A DNA stretch of 63,777 bases, the filler included, from an uncultured Methanosarcinales archaeon (GTDB taxonomy: Archaea; Nanobdellota; Nanobdellia; Woesearchaeales; CAZKBD01), in NCBI GenBank assembly GCA_964550945.1. It is 3 parts of 3 records of this genome, joined end to end, with 100 filler letters (N's around TTAATTAATTAA, not from the genome) between each part and the next. Parts side by side here need not be neighbours in the genome. Positions count along the whole stretch, not along the records: positions 56,127 to 63,777 come from CAZKBD010000082.1; 2 more parts are not named here. The stretch is one strand, 5' to 3'. Below, in pieces: positions 58,707 to 63,777 of the stretch; positions within the stretch are counted from its first letter, which is position 1, and each line of letters starts with the position of its first letter. Position numbers and translations under genes: made by a program. Under the pieces are notes generated by a model. It had not been told where the DNA came from. It ran no database searches and worked only from the letters and a program-made list of their open reading frames with translations.

Positions 58707-59075
58707 TTATTCTTTATCAACATTAATCTCTTCCCCTTCCTTAACTTTCTTCAACTCACTTAAATCTCCGATAACCTTCCCAAATACATTAACAGCAGAA
58801 GCAGGCCTTATTTCATCTCCTTTGGAAGCTGGTGTTGGTCCAAAAAAAATACAAAAACAGTTTCCAGAAGGCCAGTATCCTAAATCACCCTTTTCAACTA
58901 CTTCCTTAGCAGAATCATCCAGCTCTAAATGCAAAGGTATCTCAAAATATATCTCATCACCCCATGTGCTGGCTATAGACTCAAAAGGCAGTTTATTGTA
59001 AATCGCTTTCCCGGTTTTATTGTTGTAAATCTCTGCTTCAATTTCTATCTTATCGAACTTTATTTTTATCCTCAT
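58707..59075 (-). CDS. Cyclophilin-like fold protein
   Basis: WGDEIYF, GDLGYWPSG, FFGPTP. Confidence 0.88.
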   Translation of the reverse strand: MRIKIKFDKIEIEAEIYNNKTGKAIYNKLPFESIASTWGDEIYFEIPLHLELDDSAKEVVEKGDLGYWPSGNCFCIFFGPTPASKGDEIRPASAVNVFGKVIGDLSELKKVKEGEEINVDKE

Positions 59076-60361
59076 TCCTTGCAAGCCCTATAAATGTTAT
59101 CAAACAATTCAGGAATGAGCTCCTTTTTAAGAGCTGAAAAAGCTATTCTAATGACGCTTCCATTGGCTATAATCCCAGTATCATACTTTTCAAGCAGTTT
59201 TTTTCTGATCCCTTCGCTGTCTATCCCGTCTTCTAGCCTTATGCACATGAAATATCCTGAATTAAAAGGCAGCGCTTCGAAGGATTCTTTATATTCTGGA
59301 TGATCTTTCAATGTCTTGACAACAGTTAAGAATCTTTTTTTCAGCAGGTTATATTTTTGCTTCTTCTCCTTTCCATATTTTGGCGAGCTAAACGCATTGT
59401 ACACCAAAGACTGGGATATATTTGGCGCGTTTGATATATTTCCCCTTATTGCTCCTGCTGTCTTAGCTTCAAGCGCTGAGTATATCTGGGCATTTCCCCC
59501 TTTTATTCCATAGGTGATGAAGCCGACACGAAAACCCCATACGTAATCTTCCTTTGTCGCGCCATCAATCTTTATAGCCAAGATATTTTCATTAATATCT
59601 GCCAATCTTGCAAAGATGGATTCTTTAAAAATTCCATTCTGATAAACTAAGCCGAAATAGGCATCATCAATAATTGCTATTATCTTATTGCCTTCATCAG
59701 CAGATTGCTTTATTGCCTGCACTATCTGATCTACTTCTTCTTCAGTTGGGGTGTACCCTGAAGGGTTATTTGGAAAATTCAATATAACTATCTTCTTAGA
59801 TGGGTTATTGCCCAATAATTTCTCTTTTAAGCCATCTATGTTGAATCCCTTGCCTTTAAAAGTCTGAAAAAGAGAAAGATTCGCGCCATAGGCGTTTTGG
59901 AATATCAAATCATAATTTTCCCAGTATAAATCGGGGCTTATTATCTTATCATCTTCATCAGCAAATAAATAACCAATCATGCTAAGGCCATGTGTTAAAG
60001 CATTTGTCACAACTGGGCTGCTAATCTCTGATTTTAGGCTTGGATTCTTTTGGTAGATCATCTCCCTCCATTTCTTCCTTAGCTCCGGCTTTCCAGAGCT
60101 TGGCGCGTAACTGAAAATATCATTAGGACTAAGCTTGACATTTTTAGCAATAGACTTAAGCCTCATAGGCGTTCCATCATCTTCAACTGCTATACCAATA
60201 GTAGCGTTAATCTTTTTTCCTTTTGCTTCTGCACTCTGGGATAATATGCCTAGTTTTGGAAAGAATATCGCTTTGCCCCGTTCAGAAAGCATGTCAAGTA
60301 GTGCAGGATTATTTTTCTTAATTGCCTCATTTAACTCTATAGCTTGAGCATTTAGTTCCAT
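59072..60361 (-). CDS. Class I/II PLP aminotransferase
   Basis: NFPNNPSG, DDAY, GATKE..WGFRVG. Confidence 0.92.
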   Translation of the reverse strand: MELNAQAIELNEAIKKNNPALLDMLSERGKAIFFPKLGILSQSAEAKGKKINATIGIAVEDDGTPMRLKSIAKNVKLSPNDIFSYAPSSGKPELRKKWREMIYQKNPSLKSEISSPVVTNALTHGLSMIGYLFADEDDKIISPDLYWENYDLIFQNAYGANLSLFQTFKGKGFNIDGLKEKLLGNNPSKKIVILNFPNNPSGYTPTEEEVDQIVQAIKQSADEGNKIIAIIDDAYFGLVYQNGIFKESIFARLADINENILAIKIDGATKEDYVWGFRVGFITYGIKGGNAQIYSALEAKTAGAIRGNISNAPNISQSLVYNAFSSPKYGKEKKQKYNLLKKRFLTVVKTLKDHPEYKESFEALPFNSGYFMCIRLEDGIDSEGIRKKLLEKYDTGIIANGSVIRIAFSALKKELIPELFDNIYRACKE

Positions 60362-60375
60362 ATTACCACCCTAAC

Positions 60376-60864
60376 TCATTTTATTGATTTAGAAATCATA
60401 TCCATATTTAAAGCCTTTGTTGCGTTAAAAACAATAACTTTATGCCCGGCTTCCTTAGCTTCGTTAAGGCATACGTCAAATATCTCGCATTCTAAATTCT
60501 CCTGGATCTTATCTTTTGAATATTCTCTTTTCTTTAGCCTTTTTTGCAGTTCTTTTAGATCGCATTTTGTGATGATGCACAAATCAACATATTTTTTTGG
60601 CAGGTAATGAGAAAGATGGGAGTCAATAACTATCCCTTTTAAATTATTTTTTTTATATTTTTTTATTTTATCAATTAAAAATCGGTTTAATTTTTTTATA
60701 TTAGTGATATAACATTTTCTCTTTCTGTCATAGCTATCATAGATTTTATTTTTTTTGATTAGTTGGGTTACATCTGCATATTTGTAATTAACTTTCTTAG
60801 ATATTCTTTTTGCCAGTGTTGTTTTGCCTGTTCCAACAGACCCAGAAATGCAGATGATCTTCAT
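60376..60864 (-). CDS. Adenylate kinase 6 (Fap7-type)
   Basis: GSVGTGKT, IDSH, RLKKREYSKDKIQENLECE. Confidence 0.85.
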   Translation of the reverse strand: MKIICISGSVGTGKTTLAKRISKKVNYKYADVTQLIKKNKIYDSYDRKRKCYITNIKKLNRFLIDKIKKYKKNNLKGIVIDSHLSHYLPKKYVDLCIITKCDLKELQKRLKKREYSKDKIQENLECEIFDVCLNEAKEAGHKVIVFNATKALNMDMISKSIK

Positions 60865-61166
60865 GTTGATTCCCTTAAACAATCTGAAAATGCATCGTTA
60901 ATCTTCCACTGGCAATTTCCATCAACACAACCGCAGCCGGTTAATTTATAGCAGCCATAGATTTCTTTCCATTCGCAGGTTGTTATAAGCCCCTTAATCT
61001 TATCTTTCTGGCCGCACAACTGCCCAGAGCAGCCGCCAGTGCTGCAATCTAAATCAGAGCTGCACTCATTTACTGTATTTTTTGGTTCGTTAATTGGCTT
61101 ATCAGAAACTTCAGCGCAACCGCTAATCAATATTGTAAACACAAAAAGAATAATGACCTGCCTCAT
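60861..61166 (-). CDS. Eight-cysteine-cluster lipoprotein
   Basis: ISGC lipobox; CSSDLDCSTGGCSGQLC..TTCEW..CGCVDGNCQW. Confidence 0.85.
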   Translation of the reverse strand: MRQVIILFVFTILISGCAEVSDKPINEPKNTVNECSSDLDCSTGGCSGQLCGQKDKIKGLITTCEWKEIYGCYKLTGCGCVDGNCQWKINDAFSDCLREST

Positions 61167-61191
61167 ATAGCTAGATAATAAAACCCTATAT

Positions 61192-61830
61192 TTATTTCTT
61201 TCTAATAATATTGATCATTAAATAAACAACAGAAACAAACAAGGCGCCATACAAGAACCATAAAGCGATATTTGGCTCTGAAACTAGTTGAGGAGCAACA
61301 GTTAATGCTTCCTGAGTTACATTAGGTGCTGCGCCAACCATGAGGTTAGCTGCCACTGGAGCAGCCTCTTCCATGACTGCTGATTTTGTTAATACTGCCC
61401 TATTAGCCTGCTCCATTCCAAAAGCAACTGGCTTCATCAGATATTTGGAAAATACTTGTATAAACCCAGCAGCAGCTACTGCAATCAAGGCAGCTGGCAG
61501 GATGCTCTTTAATTTCTCTTTAATGCCCCAAGTGGAGTTTGGAGCAATTATGATATATTTATTGGCTAATTTGTAATGATTGACCTCTTTTCCTTTTTCA
61601 GAATAATGGAATTCATCAGCTGTAATAAGGCCAGCATCCATCAAATGCTGCAGATTATAATGGACGGTGCTGATCGGCAGATTAAGTTTAGATGCTAATT
61701 CGCTTTCAGTAGCCTCATTTTCAGTCAAATAGTCCAGTATCTTTTTGCAGCTATCATTAGTTATTATCTGAGCCAGTTTCTTAGCCTTGTCTTCTTTCAG
61801 GCTTACAAGCACAAATGATTCCTTTGCCAT
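61192..61830 (-). CDS. ArsR-like HTH protein with two C-terminal TM segments
   Basis: ESELASKLNLPISTVHYNLQHL, YSEKGKEV; two hydrophobic helices. Confidence 0.85.
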   Translation of the reverse strand: MAKESFVLVSLKEDKAKKLAQIITNDSCKKILDYLTENEATESELASKLNLPISTVHYNLQHLMDAGLITADEFHYSEKGKEVNHYKLANKYIIIAPNSTWGIKEKLKSILPAALIAVAAAGFIQVFSKYLMKPVAFGMEQANRAVLTKSAVMEEAAPVAANLMVGAAPNVTQEALTVAPQLVSEPNIALWFLYGALFVSVVYLMINIIRKK

Positions 61831-61953
61831 AGGTACTGAAGATGTAGGAGTATTTAAATAGGTTTTGATAGGTTTGAATTGGATTGAAGTTAAAATAAAA
61901 GAATTGACGCAGAATTAAACTAGTCTTTCAAAAGATTTATATTATAAAATCGT

Positions 61954-61998
61954 AGGCAGAATACCCACAAATTTATTTGTGGGATGAATGCCGTGCCT
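61954..61998. mobile_element. IS200/IS605-type terminal hairpin remnant
   Basis: ATACCCACAAAT-TT-ATTTGTGGGATGAATG resembles IS605-family subterminal hairpins; no tnpA/tnpB adjacent. Confidence 0.45.
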
Positions 61999-62093
61999 CA
62001 TTCCAGTATTTGTGCAAGAGGTAACAGTTGCTAAACTGGGGTTTATGCACTGATATGTATGTTAATCTAATTTTTCTTTGACAACAAATTCTT

Positions 62094-62807
62094 TTACTTT
62101 TTAATCTTTAGATTATGGACTATCTTGAAGTTGAAATCAGGCGTACCCAAAGTACTCCACAAGCGAAGCCATACTGGGAGAAGCATTTCCGTCCCGCGAG
62201 CTGATGTAATATCACCCAGATCAATAACATCTTTCCAGCCGAAGCTCTGGAGAAGTTTTACTACCACTCGCTTTGCCTCTGCATCATTACCGCTGACAAA
62301 TACAGTATGGTCTCCATTTGCGATCGCTGTCGGGTTCACCATCACATTCGCCCGCATAGTATTAAGAGATTTGACTACTCGTGTTTTAGGAAAGGCCTTC
62401 TGAATCCGTTCGCCAAGCGATTCCTCATCTTTGGCAAGTGAGCGTGGTGGCATTCCTTTTGAGAAATCAAGTTCGTTGGCGATATCAAGGATGACCTTGC
62501 CATTCAAATTTTTCGCTCCCGTCAAGTGAAGTGCATCAAGAGAGACTGTGCCGCGCGTGGCGTTAATCACCAATTCACCATGCAGCGCCGCTTTCTCGAA
62601 TGTGCTTAGCGGTAGGTTGTGGTTTTGCTTCTGCCATGCACTAAAGGGCGGTTCTCCGAATGAATTAGGTTTACTCTCTGCCAATGTGCTGGCTACGTCA
62701 CGTGTGCCTATCACCACATCATGACCAAGTTCAGTAAGTTTTCCAGCAAGGCTTCTGCCTACCATGCCAGTGCCTAAAATGCCGATTTTCATATTTTTTG
62801 TGTTCAT
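62094..62807 (-). CDS. F420-dependent NADP oxidoreductase-family protein
   Basis: GILGTGMVG, DIAN, VVKSLNT, GNDAEAK, DLGDITSAR. Confidence 0.9.
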   Translation of the reverse strand: MNTKNMKIGILGTGMVGRSLAGKLTELGHDVVIGTRDVASTLAESKPNSFGEPPFSAWQKQNHNLPLSTFEKAALHGELVINATRGTVSLDALHLTGAKNLNGKVILDIANELDFSKGMPPRSLAKDEESLGERIQKAFPKTRVVKSLNTMRANVMVNPTAIANGDHTVFVSGNDAEAKRVVVKLLQSFGWKDVIDLGDITSARGTEMLLPVWLRLWSTLGTPDFNFKIVHNLKIKK

Positions 62808-62834
62808 GTTAATCCTCCAAGTCAGACTTATTAA

Positions 62835-63299
62835 TTAACGTTCAATCCCTTTAACAATCGGCACAGGATGAAGTCCATGCGCCTGGGGCCAGCCTCTGTC
62901 CCAAAGATAAAGAGCCAGGTCAAGCGAGGCGTCGGCTACCTGAAATTCAGCAACCCTGCCATTTTCAACCTTGAGGATAAAATATTCGATGGATGTGCCT
63001 TCTCTGCCCGTTGGTTGAAGATTGAAAAATGGCTTGACATGCTTCCAGTTTAGGTTAACGGCAATAAAAGCCCTGTTGCTTCCTTCATATTCGTCGATGA
63101 GATCAATCCTCGGCTCCAAAGCTTTTAAAAATTCAGAGCCCCATTTTTTTAGACTCTCAATTCCTTTGACAGGTTCTCGCAACCCCGGACTTTTAACAAC
63201 CACATCAGGCGATATTACAGCATCCCATCTTTCCAATTCGCCACGTTGGAAGCCCTCATAAATTTCCCGAGTAATGCTTTTCTTTTTCTGTATTTCCAT
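62835..63299 (-). CDS. SnoaL/NTF2-like ester cyclase-family protein
   Basis: SPDVV..GIESLK, PTGRE, VENGRV. Confidence 0.8.
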   Translation of the reverse strand: MEIQKKKSITREIYEGFQRGELERWDAVISPDVVVKSPGLREPVKGIESLKKWGSEFLKALEPRIDLIDEYEGSNRAFIAVNLNWKHVKPFFNLQPTGREGTSIEYFILKVENGRVAEFQVADASLDLALYLWDRGWPQAHGLHPVPIVKGIER

Positions 63300-63301
63300 A
63301 G

Positions 63302-63777
63302 TTATTTCTCCAAGGATTTCAGCACAAGCCGCGCCGTTTCTGCGCCAGAATACTGTTGCTGGCCAGTAATAAGGTTGCCATCGACCACTGCATAAGAGGA
63401 GAAAGGCGGTGCAACAACGAATGTTGTATTTTGTATTTTTCTCGCTTCGTCTTCAATTCGGAAAGGCTGGATACGCTGACCAACTGCTTTGTCGGCGATA
63501 TCTTCTTCCGCATTTGAGAAACCCGTCCACTTTTTCCCCTCTACGAGAAGTTTCCCATCGGAGGTTTTTGTCTTGAGAAGTATGACTGTCCCGTGGCACA
63601 CGGCAGCTGCCACTTTTTTGCTTTCGTAGAATTTTGCAAAGAGCTTATGCAAATCCTCGTCATTCACCATTGTGTACATCGGCGATTGCCCCCCAATCAC
63701 GAAAATGGCGTCATAATCCTTAGGATTGACATCGCTGATACTTTTAGTGCCCTTGAGAAGCGCGGCGTGCTCCTTTG
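63302..63777 (-). CDS. DJ-1/PfpI-family protein (5' part outside window)
   Basis: AAVCHG, TGFSNAEE, DGNLITGQ. Confidence 0.9.
   Translation of the reverse strand, partial: KEHAALLKGTKSISDVNPKDYDAIFVIGGQSPMYTMVNDEDLHKLFAKFYESKKVAAAVCHGTVILLKTKTSDGKLLVEGKKWTGFSNAEEDIADKAVGQRIQPFRIEDEARKIQNTTFVVAPPFSSYAVVDGNLITGQQQYSGAETARLVLKSLEK

Overview
AT-rich archaeal sequence, most likely a Woesearchaeota-like DPANN genome bin. Evidence: archaeal-type TFE, TFS, GluRS, RibC/RibK and type II GAPDH, TATA boxes and GGTGA/GGAGG ribosome-binding sites. The window joins three contigs with N-padded TTAATTAATTAA linkers (28271-28370, 56027-56126) and has a 10-N gap at 46852-46861. Gene content: a redox/iron cluster (1-5.8 kb), rbkR-ribC-ribH, NnrE/NnrD with nitroreductases, two toxin-antitoxin pairs, folD, DtxR-FeoA/FeoB/GDT1, Fic, hisA, gltX, tfe/sec11/tfs, ApbE, a PPi-type PFK/aldolase/GAPDH operon, purA, a RimK + protease pair, asd, dus, PEPCK and a GC-richer block at the right end. 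Signals the ORF track misses: (1) a dispersed double-hairpin element family with conserved stems and variable interiors, one copy inserted in frame in an antitoxin; (2) micro-ORFs, two with strong RBSs (MCGDGCC, MPAKHG), plus a 42-aa CxxCxxCxxC peptide; (3) matching 42-bp two-armed sites at both ends of the Fic gene; (4) a candidate RBS-sequestering RNA switch; (5) a VapBC relic fused to nnrD, a tRNA-like relic and a 56-aa histone-fold gene. All family calls are by motif recognition; no searches were run.
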